Source: Bdellovibrionales bacterium (GTDB taxonomy: Bacteria; Bdellovibrionota; Bdellovibrionia; Bdellovibrionales; UBA1609). From it: a stretch of DNA of 64,000 bases. Both the position numbers and the translations under genes were made by a program. The notes beneath the pieces were generated by a model, which was not told the DNA's origin, did no database searches, and saw only the letters and a list, made by a program, of their open reading frames with translations. This document shows, in pieces, positions 36,999 to 47,858 of this stretch. Position 1 is the stretch's first letter. Each line of letters begins with the position of its first letter. The stretch is taken from the NCBI GenBank assembly GCA_027317865.1, contig DAHVQG010000002.1, forward strand, positions 64,001 to 128,000, given 5' to 3'.

Positions 36999-39716
36999 TT
37001 ACCCAAGCCGCACAAGTGAATCTTGCAAGGTCTTGATCTTGTTTGAAAGCTCTTCTAGTTGAGTGCGCCCTTGTTTAACCACTTCTGACGGAGCGTTTTT
37101 GACAAAATTTTCGTTGCTAAGGCGCGCTTCAATGCCCGCCTTCTCTTTTTGCAATTTCTCAATCGTCTTTTCGATGCGCTTTCGTTCTTCGTTCAAATCC
37201 ACGACACCTTCAAGATAGACGATGACATCGACTCGAAATGAGTGGACTGCAATCGGCGTCAATGCACATTTGGTCAGCGAACCTTCATCATTAATTTGGC
37301 ACTCTGAAAGTTTTGCGAGTTTCGCAATAGTCGGGCTGTTCGCCTGAAGAATCTTTTGCGAGCCCGCCTCTTTAGGGGCAAGTCTCACCCGCAACTCTTC
37401 GCCCGGTTTTATACTGTTCTCACCGCGAATGTTACGAATCGCCGCAATCGTCGCGATCACAAGGTCCATTTCTTCAGCGCGGGTTGAGCTTGCGATTTGT
37501 AACCAATCACTGTCATTTTTAGTGTTCGGATATTCGTCAATCACGCATGCTTCGCCGCGAATTGGTAAACGACTATAAATTTCTTCAGTAACGAATGGTA
37601 CAAACGGATGCAGAAGCCGTACGACGCGATTAAGAGTTTGCGCTAAGACAAGGCGAGTAGCGGCCCTTTCTTCCGGCTTTTCTCCATAAACAACCGGTTT
37701 TATAAGCTCCAGATACCAATCGCAAAACTTGTGCCATACAAAATCATAAAGAGTGTTGGATGCGTCAGAAAATCGTAACTGTTCCAACTGTTGATTAACC
37801 GCCGCTTCGCATTCTCCGAGTTTATGAATTATCCAAAAATCGGCGTCGGAGAGATTTTCGGCTTTTGGCTTTAAACTTAAAAGGTCATTTGGCGATTTGG
37901 ATGCCGTGGACGTTTCCACTTGTGGCGGTTCAAAATCGGCTAAAACATGCAACGAAAACCGGGCTGCGTTCCAAATCTTGTTTATGAAATTGCGATAACC
38001 TTCAAGCCGCGGAATAGAAAATTTTAAATCTTTGCCGGCTGCCACTTGAGCCAAAAGCGTGAAGCGCACGCTATCCGCGCCAAACTCGTCGATAAGTTCA
38101 ACTGGATCAAGCGCATTGCCCAACGATTTGGACATTTTGCGCCCTTCTGCATCGCGAATGAGCCCCGTAATAAGAACTTTTCGAAATGGAACATCCCCGC
38201 GAAACTCGAGCCCCATCATAATCATCCGCGCAACCCAGAAAAATATGATGTCGTGACCCGTGATTAAAACGTCCGTCGGATAAAAAGTTTTGAGCGCTTC
38301 CGTTTCGTTCGGCCACCCGAGCGTGCTAAATGGCCAGAGCGCTGAACTAAACCACGTATCAAGAACGTCGTCTTCTTGTGCGATTTCTTTTGAATGACAT
38401 TTCTCACATTCTTCAGGAGTGTTTTCGGCCACCGTAATGTGCCCGCATCCGGGGCAATTCCAAGCAGGAATACGATGTCCCCACCAAAGCTGCCGCGATA
38501 TGCACCAATCTTGAATATTGTTAAGCCAATGTAAATATGTTTTGGTCCAAGCCTCGGGTTCAAATGTGACCGTTCCATTTTCGACAACCGCTTTTGCCGG
38601 TCGCGCGAGACTCTCCATTTTTACAAACCATTGCTCAGACAGAAGCGGTTCGGCGACAACGCCAGTGCGCGAATCGTGCCCCACAGAATGCGTGTGCGGC
38701 TCCTCTTTGACCAAAAGATTTTGCGCTTTTAAATCTTCGATGACCCTTTTTCGCGCTTCTTGAACTTTAAGACCGGCGTAAGCTCCCGCATTTTCATTGA
38801 GCGTGCCGTTGCGATTGAGAATATTGATCAACGGGAGTTTGTGGCGTATCCCCACGGCGTAATCATTAAAATCGTGTGCCGGTGTGATTTTCACGACGCC
38901 TGAACCGAATTCCTTGTCAACATAGGTATCGGCGATCACGGGAATGACCCGTTCGGTTAGCGGTAATCGTACCGACTTGCCGACAAATTTAGTATAGCGT
39001 TCGTCGTCCGGATGAACCGCGATGGCCACATCGCCGAGAAGCGTTTCTGGCCGCGTCGTCGCAACGGTCAGCCCATCACTATATCGGATATGGTAGAGAG
39101 TGCCCTTTACCTCTTTATGTTCAACTTCGAGATCAGAAAGCGCTGATTCAAGCTTGGTGCTCCAATTGATCAGCCGCTGCCCTTTGTAAATAAGGCCTTT
39201 TTTATACAGTTCAACGAAAACGTGGCGAACCGCTTTTGATACGCCCTCGTCAAGGGTAAACACAAACCGCTGCCAATCGCACGAATCACCGATGAATTTC
39301 ATTTGCTCGACGATACGGTCGCCGTATTTTTTCTTCCATTCCCAGACGCGTTCGACGAATTTATCACGGCCCAGTTCACGCCGTGTTTTATTTTCTTTCG
39401 CAAGCTCGCGCTCCACCACTCCTTGCGTGGCAATGCCGGCATGGTCGGTGCCGGGTAACCAAAGCGCGTTGAAACCGCTCATGCGCTTCCAACGGGTTAA
39501 TGCATCTTGCAAGGTGTGATTCAGTGCGTGGCCGATATGCAGTTGCCCCGTCACATTAGGCGGGGGAAGCATGATGCAAAACGGCGGTCGCGTCGATTTA
39601 TCAAACGCGGCAAAATAACCGCGCTCAATCCACCATGCATAAATTCGTTTTTCAACATCTTTTGGATTGTACCGGTCACTCAGTGGCTGATCCATTTTTT
39701 CGCTTTTCATGCTCAA
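36999..39716 (-). CDS. valS: valine--tRNA ligase
   Basis: PPPNVTGQLHIGH, DHAGIATQ, ATTRPET, DWCISRQLWWGH, KMSKS, C-terminal coiled coil. Confidence 0.98.
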   Translation of the reverse strand: MSMKSEKMDQPLSDRYNPKDVEKRIYAWWIERGYFAAFDKSTRPPFCIMLPPPNVTGQLHIGHALNHTLQDALTRWKRMSGFNALWLPGTDHAGIATQGVVERELAKENKTRRELGRDKFVERVWEWKKKYGDRIVEQMKFIGDSCDWQRFVFTLDEGVSKAVRHVFVELYKKGLIYKGQRLINWSTKLESALSDLEVEHKEVKGTLYHIRYSDGLTVATTRPETLLGDVAIAVHPDDERYTKFVGKSVRLPLTERVIPVIADTYVDKEFGSGVVKITPAHDFNDYAVGIRHKLPLINILNRNGTLNENAGAYAGLKVQEARKRVIEDLKAQNLLVKEEPHTHSVGHDSRTGVVAEPLLSEQWFVKMESLARPAKAVVENGTVTFEPEAWTKTYLHWLNNIQDWCISRQLWWGHRIPAWNCPGCGHITVAENTPEECEKCHSKEIAQEDDVLDTWFSSALWPFSTLGWPNETEALKTFYPTDVLITGHDIIFFWVARMIMMGLEFRGDVPFRKVLITGLIRDAEGRKMSKSLGNALDPVELIDEFGADSVRFTLLAQVAAGKDLKFSIPRLEGYRNFINKIWNAARFSLHVLADFEPPQVETSTASKSPNDLLSLKPKAENLSDADFWIIHKLGECEAAVNQQLEQLRFSDASNTLYDFVWHKFCDWYLELIKPVVYGEKPEERAATRLVLAQTLNRVVRLLHPFVPFVTEEIYSRLPIRGEACVIDEYPNTKNDSDWLQIASSTRAEEMDLVIATIAAIRNIRGENSIKPGEELRVRLAPKEAGSQKILQANSPTIAKLAKLSECQINDEGSLTKCALTPIAVHSFRVDVIVYLEGVVDLNEERKRIEKTIEKLQKEKAGIEARLSNENFVKNAPSEVVKQGRTQLEELSNKIKTLQDSLVRLG

Positions 39717-39720
39717 CCTA

Positions 39721-40908
39721 TTAAGCTGTTTTTGTTGAAACCTTGAACGCCGGGAGCCGATGACGATTCAACCATATCATGGATAGCGCGACGTAACCGA
39801 GAAGCGCCGAAAAATAAAACGGCGAAACCATCGCCACTCGGCCATATAAAATTCCGCCAATCGGTGGGCCAAAAATTCGAGCCATAGCAGACATTGATTG
39901 ATTGACGCCCATGACTTCGCCCTGTTCATGTTGATCGGTGAGTAAACTCAAGCTCCCCGACAACGCCGGCATTAATAACCCATCGCCCAAAGCCAACAAC
40001 GTCATGGCAATGGCTAAAAACCAAATCGAGTGGGCCAGTCCAATCAAAACAAAACTTGTTGAAAACATGAGTACCCCAGAGGTCAGCATGGCCCGCTCGC
40101 CAAATTTTGGCAGAAGTTTTCGCACTAAATAGCCTTGTGTAAAGGCGATACAAATACCCACATAAGCAAAACCGTAGCTTGCCTTTTGAAGATTCCAGCT
40201 AAATCGATCTTGAACAAACAAAAACAGCGTCGCCTCCATGCTGGCCATGGCAAAAGCCACCACAAAATTTGATCCTAAAAGCGTGCCAATCACAGGGCGC
40301 GCGATTTTTTCGCTAATACTGCGAATACGTGACTTGCGAACTTTTTTGCCGCGCTTTTCAGGCGGGAGCGATTCGGGCAAAATAAAAAATGCCGCCACAA
40401 AATTAACGACGCCGATAAGTGTTGCCACTAAGGCCGGAAAATGAATACTAACCTTCGCGCTCAACCCGCCAAGAGCGGGGCCAAGCACAAAACCAAGACC
40501 AAAGGCGGCCCCGATCAACCCCATGTTTTTGGACCGATCTTTTTGATCCGTCACATCGGCAATGAAAGCGGCCGAAGTCGCAATGTTGGCGCTAAACGCA
40601 CCAGCTAACGCCCGCGAGACAAATAACATCGGCAAGGAATTGGCGTAGAAGAACACCAAATTCGCTAAGGCGGTCATCGCAATACTCATCAAAAGTATGG
40701 GCCGACGCCCAAACCGATCGCTAAGGCCGCCCCAAAGCGGCGAGAAAAGAAACTGCATTCCTGAATAAATCGCCATCAAGAGGCCAATATCGAACGCCGT
40801 TGCGTGATAATACCGGGCCAAGTAGGGCGTAAGCGGTATTATGATGCCGAATCCGACCAAATCGACGAAAACAGTTAAAAATATAATGATTAACGGCTTT
40901 TTATTCAT
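39721..40908 (-). CDS. MFS transporter, TetA/DHA1-like
   Basis: About 12 TMs; motif A GGLSDRFGRRP; motif C GFVLGPALGG. Confidence 0.92.
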   Translation of the reverse strand: MNKKPLIIIFLTVFVDLVGFGIIIPLTPYLARYYHATAFDIGLLMAIYSGMQFLFSPLWGGLSDRFGRRPILLMSIAMTALANLVFFYANSLPMLFVSRALAGAFSANIATSAAFIADVTDQKDRSKNMGLIGAAFGLGFVLGPALGGLSAKVSIHFPALVATLIGVVNFVAAFFILPESLPPEKRGKKVRKSRIRSISEKIARPVIGTLLGSNFVVAFAMASMEATLFLFVQDRFSWNLQKASYGFAYVGICIAFTQGYLVRKLLPKFGERAMLTSGVLMFSTSFVLIGLAHSIWFLAIAMTLLALGDGLLMPALSGSLSLLTDQHEQGEVMGVNQSMSAMARIFGPPIGGILYGRVAMVSPFYFSALLGYVALSMIWLNRHRLPAFKVSTKTA

Positions 40909-40946
40909 TGCGACCTGTTGTTTTTCGCGTTTATCATTTTAATGTT

Positions 40947-42074
40947 ATGGCATCAAACCGTAGGGCATCATGGCACGCTAGTCTAGCAAAAAGCACTCTA
41001 GCAAAATTCGTTCTCGCAACTGGCGGGCTTCTAACTCTGGCGCTCTCGCCGGTCAATGCAATGGCCGACTTGCCACCCGTGTATCATGTCGGAGAAGTCA
41101 CTCTCTCTGACTCGAGCACATACTTTACCTCTAAAGCGAATTATGATCGCTATGGTGATAAAGTCGACCTGCCTTCTGATTCGAGCGGACAATATTATTT
41201 CAACACACAAACCAACTCAATTGACGGAGCTTATGACCTCGCGACCAGACTCGGCGTTTGGCGCTTTGGTGCCGGACTTGATATTAACGATTCGACAAGT
41301 CGCGGACCGGACGTTGTCTATGGTGGCGACCAAAACCGCTCCAACAGCCAGTTCGACGATGTCCATTTTCTTTTGCAAAAGCCGATTCCACTTCAACAGT
41401 TTCGTATTATTCCTGAATTCAAAGGAACCGTTACCTTTAATCCGATCAACTATTCGCGCGTACCCTATACCGGTGTCGGCACTGATTTTTATAACGACGC
41501 GTTGACGTCAGATGATTGTGACATTGCCCAAATCGGTTCATGGTTTGTTGGGAACTTCCCGTACGGCAGCGCTTATGCCTATGTCGGATATGAATATCGG
41601 GACAGCCAGTATTCGGCGCTTTTGCCCTACGCTGCAGGAGGGCTCTTTCGCTATAACCAATTTTTGGTTGGCGCAGAAATCGACGGCTTCGACTATGTGA
41701 CGAACGACCAATACAATCCCTACAACAATTACCCGCGACACGAGCTAACTGAACGTGTCGACGGCTATAGCTATAAATACTTTGCCACAAACCCCATCGA
41801 ATCGGATTTTCGTATCAATGCCGGTTATTCGTTTTCACCTAATTTTTCTGTTAATGCCGGATGGTCCAATACCATCAGCGGCCAAGAAACCGCCATCGGT
41901 CAAACTTATCTAGTTTCTCTGGCGTACAGTTTCGACGTAACCGGGGGCGCAAATAGTCAGTATAATGATGACTTACTGCCGCGAAACACCGCAGGCGCGC
42001 CCCAAAGCAATTCAAGCGGAAAGTTTCAACCCCGCACTGAAAAATACGATAAGTCATTATTCGAATCAGATTAG
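40947..42074 (+). CDS. secreted/outer-membrane beta-barrel-like hypothetical protein
   Basis: Signal peptide ending AMA; Y/F/D/N-rich alternating strands (YAYVGYEYR, FRINAGYSF, YLVSLAYSF); track start 40908. Confidence 0.6.
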   Translation: MASNRRASWHASLAKSTLAKFVLATGGLLTLALSPVNAMADLPPVYHVGEVTLSDSSTYFTSKANYDRYGDKVDLPSDSSGQYYFNTQTNSIDGAYDLATRLGVWRFGAGLDINDSTSRGPDVVYGGDQNRSNSQFDDVHFLLQKPIPLQQFRIIPEFKGTVTFNPINYSRVPYTGVGTDFYNDALTSDDCDIAQIGSWFVGNFPYGSAYAYVGYEYRDSQYSALLPYAAGGLFRYNQFLVGAEIDGFDYVTNDQYNPYNNYPRHELTERVDGYSYKYFATNPIESDFRINAGYSFSPNFSVNAGWSNTISGQETAIGQTYLVSLAYSFDVTGGANSQYNDDLLPRNTAGAPQSNSSGKFQPRTEKYDKSLFESD

Positions 42075-42661
42075 CGAATATCGATATCCGACGGCCGAAT
42101 CGAACCCTTAACGGCTTCGGCAACGCTGCTCTTTATTGCTTCTACCTCTTTGGGGGTCGAAGTTCGTGGAGCGACACTTGCATCCTGCATAACTGCAAGC
42201 TCAGGATCAGGCATAATTTTGTGGCCTTGCTCCATCATCGTGAGATGCGCCTGTACAAGGGCGCGTAAATTGTTTTCGTATTGCATCCGAATTTTTTTGA
42301 GATCGGCAATTTCTTGGAACATTTTTTTAAGGCTGTCGCGCGCGTCGCGAACAATGGTTTCACCTTGTTGTTTGGCGTCGTTCAGTATAAGCCGCGCCTC
42401 GCGTTCTGCATCTTGCTGAATTTTGTCTGACATACGGGTGGCCGTAGTGATGGTATTCTTTAACAGCTCATCACGTTCGCGATATTCGAGTATGGCCAAC
42501 TCTTTTTCACGTACCGATTCGCGGAGGGTATTTCGATCGCGAATCAAAGCCTCCATCTCTTCGGCGATTTGCCGTAAAAAATCGGTGACTTCTTCTTGAT
42601 CAACACCCATCATCCGGCGCGTGAAATTTTTGTGGGCTATATCGATTGGCGCGATTTTCAT
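42071..42661 (-). CDS. divIVA: DivIVA family protein
   Basis: MKIAPIDIAHKNFTRRMMGVDQEEVTDFL followed by a coiled coil. Confidence 0.92.
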   Translation of the reverse strand: MKIAPIDIAHKNFTRRMMGVDQEEVTDFLRQIAEEMEALIRDRNTLRESVREKELAILEYRERDELLKNTITTATRMSDKIQQDAEREARLILNDAKQQGETIVRDARDSLKKMFQEIADLKKIRMQYENNLRALVQAHLTMMEQGHKIMPDPELAVMQDASVAPRTSTPKEVEAIKSSVAEAVKGSIRPSDIDIR

Positions 42662-42786
42662 TTTCCCCCCTTAGCCGTCGACTCGAATCGACGTCGCATG
42701 CATTTAGACACATGCACCTTGACTTTAGGCTAAAGAATGAAGGTCAGATGCGCAAGTAAGAATATTCCAGCAACCTATACTGGCAC

Positions 42787-43632
42787 CTATACTGGTACGA
42801 AGGTCGAGCCTAGCTCTTGATCGCGCATGGCCGCTTTTTCAAAGCTAATGCGAAGTGCACGCTCAATTTCGAGTTCACGCATTGAATCAAGACCCGCAGC
42901 AGTCACTCCTTTAAGCGAAACGACCTTGCGCTGCAACTCCGAAAGCGGAGTTTCAGATTCGTGGCCCGCCATTGCCGCAGCGGCACGAAAAGTTTGAATT
43001 GTGACGTTTCGCGCGGTTTTGGCATCAATATCGTGCTCTTCAAGCCATTCTTGCCAGTAGATCATAAGTTCGTAAACAAAACCGATTCCACTGCTTGCGC
43101 CGACCAAAATCGAGCGCATCATTTCACCGTCTTCAACAGGTACCACTATCCCCATAGTCGAAAGCAGTTCATTTATCCATTGTAAGTGGGGTTTGACCGC
43201 GGCCGTTGCCGCATAGGCAATCACGCTTTCTTTGATTTTAGCCGCTGTTGTTGGCATGACTCGCAGAATTTTCTGCGAATTGGGAATCAATTTTTGCACG
43301 GATTGAAGGGAAATACCCGCAGCGAGCGATATAATTATTTGATCGCTGTTGAACGCATGAGCGATCGGCTCAATACATTGATAAAAATCTTGGGGCTTCA
43401 CTCCAATAATAACGATATCGCTAAAATCAATTACTTCTTCGTTTGTTTTGGCGGCCCTGATTTGAAAATCTCGGCTGACGCGCTCAAGCTTTCGCTCATT
43501 GCGATTTGAAATCACGATCTGTTCGCGATCGACAAACCCCGAATCTAAAAATGCGCGCAAAATTGATTGCGCCAGGTTACCGGCACCAATAAAACCAATT
43601 CTGTGGCTTCGAATTTGTTCAGATGCTGTCAT
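42787..43632 (-). CDS. proC: pyrroline-5-carboxylate reductase
   Basis: IGFIGAGNLA, IGVKPQ, ISLAAGI, RVMP, VVSLKGVTAAGL; yggS-proC-divIVA context. Confidence 0.88.
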   Translation of the reverse strand: MTASEQIRSHRIGFIGAGNLAQSILRAFLDSGFVDREQIVISNRNERKLERVSRDFQIRAAKTNEEVIDFSDIVIIGVKPQDFYQCIEPIAHAFNSDQIIISLAAGISLQSVQKLIPNSQKILRVMPTTAAKIKESVIAYAATAAVKPHLQWINELLSTMGIVVPVEDGEMMRSILVGASSGIGFVYELMIYWQEWLEEHDIDAKTARNVTIQTFRAAAAMAGHESETPLSELQRKVVSLKGVTAAGLDSMRELEIERALRISFEKAAMRDQELGSTFVPV

Positions 43633-43676
43633 GATTTTAAACTCCTGATTCGCGGTTATGGCTCCGCGCTTTGGAT

Positions 43677-44369
43677 CTAATATTTTCGATTGCCGAAAAT
43701 CGCCGTCCCGAGGCGCACAATTGTGGCGCCTTCTTTTATGGCCGCTTCAAAATCGTCGCTTGTGCCCATCGAAAGTTCGTTTAAACTATGCGGAGTTGAT
43801 ACGTTTGTCATCATCTCATCGCGCAGTTCACGGGCGCTTTGAAAATACTTTCTCTGTTCGCTTTCAGACAATTGCGGCGGCGGCATAAACATCAACCCGC
43901 ATACCCGTACAAATTCCAGTTTTTGCGCCTGCTCCAACAGCGCCGGTAGAGCCTCGACTGGCACTCCGCTTTTCGTCGTTTCACCGGCCAAATTGACTTC
44001 AATCAAAAGGTATTGGCGTCGCAGCGAACGTTCTGAAATTTGTTTCACAGTCGACAAACGATCAATGGAATGGATCAGCCAAAACCGGTCCGCAATCGGT
44101 TTCACTTTGTTCGATTGAAGCGTGCCGATCAAATGCCAGCGAATGGGCAAATCCGAGAGAACTTCCATTTTTGAAAGCGCGTCTTGGACGTAATTTTCAC
44201 CAAAATCGCGAATGCCCCCATTAAATGCTTCGCGAATTTTTTCTGGCGATACGGTTTTAGAGGCCGCGACAACGGTCACGCTTTGTGGATCGCGTTTTGA
44301 AAAAGCGCACGCGTTTGAAATCTTTTGCCGGATTAAATCAATGTTTTTTTGAACGTCATTTTCTTGCAA
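43677..44369 (-). CDS. yggS: PLP homeostasis protein
   Basis: VAASKT, FGENYVQ, WHLIGTLQSNK, LSMGTSDD, VRLGTAIFG; probable TTG start 44369 (track 44423). Confidence 0.93.
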   Translation of the reverse strand: MQENDVQKNIDLIRQKISNACAFSKRDPQSVTVVAASKTVSPEKIREAFNGGIRDFGENYVQDALSKMEVLSDLPIRWHLIGTLQSNKVKPIADRFWLIHSIDRLSTVKQISERSLRRQYLLIEVNLAGETTKSGVPVEALPALLEQAQKLEFVRVCGLMFMPPPQLSESEQRKYFQSARELRDEMMTNVSTPHSLNELSMGTSDDFEAAIKEGATIVRLGTAIFGNRKY

Positions 44370-44976
44370 CTTGCCATCCTCTTTCACGTAAAATTTTTTC
44401 GAACAATTCAAGAGGTAAACCAATTACGTTACTTTCTGACCCTTCGATCGCCGTAACGAACGACCGCGCCCCGCCCTGTATCGCGTAAGCTCCGGCTTTA
44501 TCTAGAGGCTCGCCGCTTGACACATACGCTTCAATTTCGGATTCAGAAAGCTCGCGAAACTGGACGTTTGTCGACTCGAAAGTGTCTAAAAATTCGTCAG
44601 TTTCAAAGTTAAACAATGAAATCGCCGTAACCACCCGGTGCGCTTTACCCGACAAAAGGGTTAAATATTCGCGGGCCATTTGGGTAGTTTTTGGTTTGCC
44701 TAAAAGACGCTCGCTTAGCCTTAAGCCCAAAAGCGACGGCAGGATCACCATTGTGTCCGCCGCAAGCAACAAAATATTTTGTGGTTTCAATAGCTTACGC
44801 TCTCTTACAACTTCGTTCGCTTTGGCGTGTGCAATGGCCATTATTGCCCGTTCGGGATTCACGTTTTCTTCAATATTTTCCGATATTTTGACTGGATGGA
44901 TGCGAAACAAAAAACCGGCTTTTTGGAGCAGTTCGCGCCGTCTGGGAGATTGTGATGCAAGCCACAGTTCGTACAT
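44356..44976 (-). CDS. maf: Maf family nucleoside triphosphate pyrophosphatase
   Basis: LASQSPRRRELL, AADTMV, LGKP, DKAGAYAIQG, NVIGLP; ATG 44976 (track 45012). Confidence 0.93.
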   Translation of the reverse strand: MYELWLASQSPRRRELLQKAGFLFRIHPVKISENIEENVNPERAIMAIAHAKANEVVRERKLLKPQNILLLAADTMVILPSLLGLRLSERLLGKPKTTQMAREYLTLLSGKAHRVVTAISLFNFETDEFLDTFESTNVQFRELSESEIEAYVSSGEPLDKAGAYAIQGGARSFVTAIEGSESNVIGLPLELFEKILRERGWQVARK

Positions 44977-45036
44977 CGTCGTTATCTTTCGCTGGTATTC
45001 AAGCTTTGGCATGTTTTCAAACGGAAGGTAAGAAAA

Positions 45037-45936
45037 ATGTTTGACCTCTTTTTGCTTTTTTCAGGATTAGGGCTTGCCGCCGCGAGCATTTATTTGTTTA
45101 CCAACGCGCTCCTTGCCAACAACTATGATGCTAAAGCTTTAGCATGGGCCTCGGGTAATGAGCCAGCAAAATCCAAGTCGGGTTTTGTGAATTTTTCGCG
45201 CCCATTGGTTCACAACTTCACTTTACAACACGCGCTTAAGATCAAAAGCCCAACATACCGCAAACGCGTGGCAAAAAAACTTCTGACGGCGGGCCTTTCA
45301 AACGAACTCAATGTCGATGAGTTTATCGGGCTTCAAATTCTCTGGGGGGTGATGGCGCCGATACTGCTGGTAATTTTAAATCTTACCATGCAGCTTGGCT
45401 ACCCGTATTCACTTTGCATCGCGCTCGGTGCGCTCGGCGTTTACTTTCCGCATCTCTATTGCAAATTGCAAACGCAACAACGTTACGTCTCGGTGGTAGT
45501 GGATTTGCCATTTTTTATCGATCTTCTCGCCTTATCAACCGAAGCCGGACTCGATTTCATGGCCGCCATTCAGCGCATTGTCGACAAAGCTGAAAACAGC
45601 GTACTGGCGGATGAGCTCTCCATTGTGCTTAAGGATATAAAACTTGGTTCTTCGAGATCCGAAGCGCTTCGCTCTCTTGCTGCGCGGCTCGATATTGCCG
45701 AAATTACGAGCTTTGTCGCCGTTGTTAACGACGCCGATCAGACCGGCGCCAGCATCGCGCAAGTGTTAAAGGATCAATCCAACCAAATGCGTTTGGAGCG
45801 TTTCGTGCGCGCTGAAAAGGCGGGCGCGCGTGCTTCACAACTTATGCTCCTGCCGATGATTGCGTTCATCATGCCCGCTGTGTTCATTGTGGTCTTTGCC
45901 CCGGTTGTTCTTCAGTTTTTCTACGGAGGCAAATAG
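45037..45936 (+). CDS. tadC: Tad pilus platform protein (T2SSF family)
   Basis: DLPFFIDLLALSTEAGLDF, GSSRSEALRSLA, QTGASIAQVL, RAEKAG...LLPMIAFIMPAVFIV. Confidence 0.88.
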   Translation: MFDLFLLFSGLGLAAASIYLFTNALLANNYDAKALAWASGNEPAKSKSGFVNFSRPLVHNFTLQHALKIKSPTYRKRVAKKLLTAGLSNELNVDEFIGLQILWGVMAPILLVILNLTMQLGYPYSLCIALGALGVYFPHLYCKLQTQQRYVSVVVDLPFFIDLLALSTEAGLDFMAAIQRIVDKAENSVLADELSIVLKDIKLGSSRSEALRSLAARLDIAEITSFVAVVNDADQTGASIAQVLKDQSNQMRLERFVRAEKAGARASQLMLLPMIAFIMPAVFIVVFAPVVLQFFYGGK

Positions 45937-46278
45937 GTGAAACTCGTCAATCAAACAAAAGGCATTGAGGTAAGCCAAGAGATGTGGCGCGCCGATCGTT
46001 TGATTCCGCGGATGGTCGGCCTACTGACGATGTCTTCGCTTGCCCCAGAGCAAGCTTTGTGGATTGACCGCTGTAACAGTATTCACACGTTTTTTATGCG
46101 CTTTCCGATTGATGTGGTTTTTGTTTCGCGCGATTTGAAAGTCCGCGCGACTTACGAAAACGTAAAACCGTGGCGGCTAATTTTTCCGGTGTGGAGTGCG
46201 CGCTCCACGATTGAGATGCCGATTGGCACGATACGCCGCGGACAAATTGAAGTGGGAGACCAATTACAATGTGGGTAG
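45937..46278 (+). CDS. DUF192 family protein
   Basis: RMVGLL, CNSIHTFFMRFPIDVVF, VKPWR, EMPIG. Confidence 0.88.
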   Translation: MKLVNQTKGIEVSQEMWRADRLIPRMVGLLTMSSLAPEQALWIDRCNSIHTFFMRFPIDVVFVSRDLKVRATYENVKPWRLIFPVWSARSTIEMPIGTIRRGQIEVGDQLQCG

Positions 46279-47858
46279 TTCGCTTTTACACAGGACCGCT
46301 TGCGGCCAAACAGTTCCCGTTAAAAATGGGTCGTAATGTGATCGGCCGGGCTTCGTATTGCGACGTTGTGGTGCCTGCGCAGGGAATTTCAAAAGAGCAC
46401 GCCGTAGTTGAAGTATACAACGACCATATTCAAATCACGGATCTTAACTCACGAAACGGCACCTTCATTAACGGCGTCATGGTACAATCGCAAAAACTTA
46501 CCCCGGGCGACCGCGTAGCTTTTCACGACATTGTTACCGATATCGTCGAACGAAAGCCAAAGCCGCACAGTCCGCGCACGCCCGTATTGTTTGACGGCAA
46601 CGCTGCCTTAAAGACTCAACATCAGCCCGGTCTCGACCCGGTCGCAATGGCAACCCCGCAACCTTCATCTGAACCGATTGCGCCCTCGTTTATCGCCTAT
46701 GCGAGAAAATATGTGGACGATGTGGTTTTACCGGGGGTGTACCGGCTCGGCGAAATAATGGATTTTCGCACCGTCTTGGCGTTGTTCGTTGCCGTATTTA
46801 TCGTTCTTGTAACTTCCCTTTCGACAATTCCGCTCATGCGGATTTTAAAAGAAAGTATTGATCAAGAAGCGCGCAACCATGCGCTGACAATTGCGCGAAA
46901 TCTGGCGGAAGTAAATCGCTCACCGCTTGAACAGGGACTTGAAACTTCCGTAACAGTTGATCCGGCCATGCGTGAACCGGGGGTTGACCAAGCGTACATT
47001 ATTTCAGCCGTTAACCAAAATATCATCGCGCCGGTTCAACAGGTCGGGAAATATCTCACGGACGTTCCTTTCGTCGACAACGCGATAAAGGGCAACAGCG
47101 ATGCCGCAGCTCAGATTTCAAGCAGTAAAATCGCCGCAGTGGTTCCGATTCGTTACTATAATTCAGCAACCGGCGGCGAAACTACGGCCGCATACGCGGT
47201 CGTGATTTTTGACATGGGTACACTCGCCGTGAATAACGGCCGCACTTTAAGTCTTTTTATTGAGATCCTATTTATTGCCATTATTTTGGGATCAATCCTT
47301 TACTTTTTCATGTATCGGCTCATTCGGCAGCCGTTGGTTGAAACCAATCAGCAACTCGTGGCTGCCATGTCCCCCGAACATGCGGCCAACATCACGACAA
47401 CCTATCATTTCGATGCCCTCGAGACGCTTATTTCGAACATCAATAACATTCTCCATAGACAGACGGGCGGATTCGGCGCTGATAATTTGAAAAAGTTTGA
47501 AGCCGACCGCGGCCTTGAAATGCAAAATATTGTTAATTTAGTCGGATTTCCCGCGTTGACGGTCCAAGCGCAAGATCGCGTGGTCACAGCAGTCAATGAA
47601 CATTTCGTGCAGCAAATTGGCCAAAATCAATCTTGGGTCGGCATACCCGTTGAACAAATTTTGGACCAAGCATTGAAGCTCAATATCATGAGCCTACTCG
47701 ATAAAGTAGCGGCAATGCCATCGCAAACGGCAATCGATCAACTTGAAATTGCAAATGAAAATTACGATTTGTCAGCGCAGGGCATACAAGGCAGTACGAC
47801 AGCTCTTGCTTACGTCATTATTGTATTTGTACCGAGAGTTGGAGGGGTAAGCGAATGA
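46269..47858 (+). CDS. FHA-domain membrane protein (FHA, TM, periplasmic domain, TM, HAMP/PAS-like)
   Basis: IGR...SKEHA...DLNSRNGT; two TMs; C-terminal PAS-like GFPALTV...VTAVNEHF. Confidence 0.85.
   Translation: MWVVRFYTGPLAAKQFPLKMGRNVIGRASYCDVVVPAQGISKEHAVVEVYNDHIQITDLNSRNGTFINGVMVQSQKLTPGDRVAFHDIVTDIVERKPKPHSPRTPVLFDGNAALKTQHQPGLDPVAMATPQPSSEPIAPSFIAYARKYVDDVVLPGVYRLGEIMDFRTVLALFVAVFIVLVTSLSTIPLMRILKESIDQEARNHALTIARNLAEVNRSPLEQGLETSVTVDPAMREPGVDQAYIISAVNQNIIAPVQQVGKYLTDVPFVDNAIKGNSDAAAQISSSKIAAVVPIRYYNSATGGETTAAYAVVIFDMGTLAVNNGRTLSLFIEILFIAIILGSILYFFMYRLIRQPLVETNQQLVAAMSPEHAANITTTYHFDALETLISNINNILHRQTGGFGADNLKKFEADRGLEMQNIVNLVGFPALTVQAQDRVVTAVNEHFVQQIGQNQSWVGIPVEQILDQALKLNIMSLLDKVAAMPSQTAIDQLEIANENYDLSAQGIQGSTTALAYVIIVFVPRVGGVSE

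Noticed and set aside
39721-40908. Tetracycline resistance gene
   Set aside because: A generic DHA1-type MFS coupled to valS, with no tetR or mobile context
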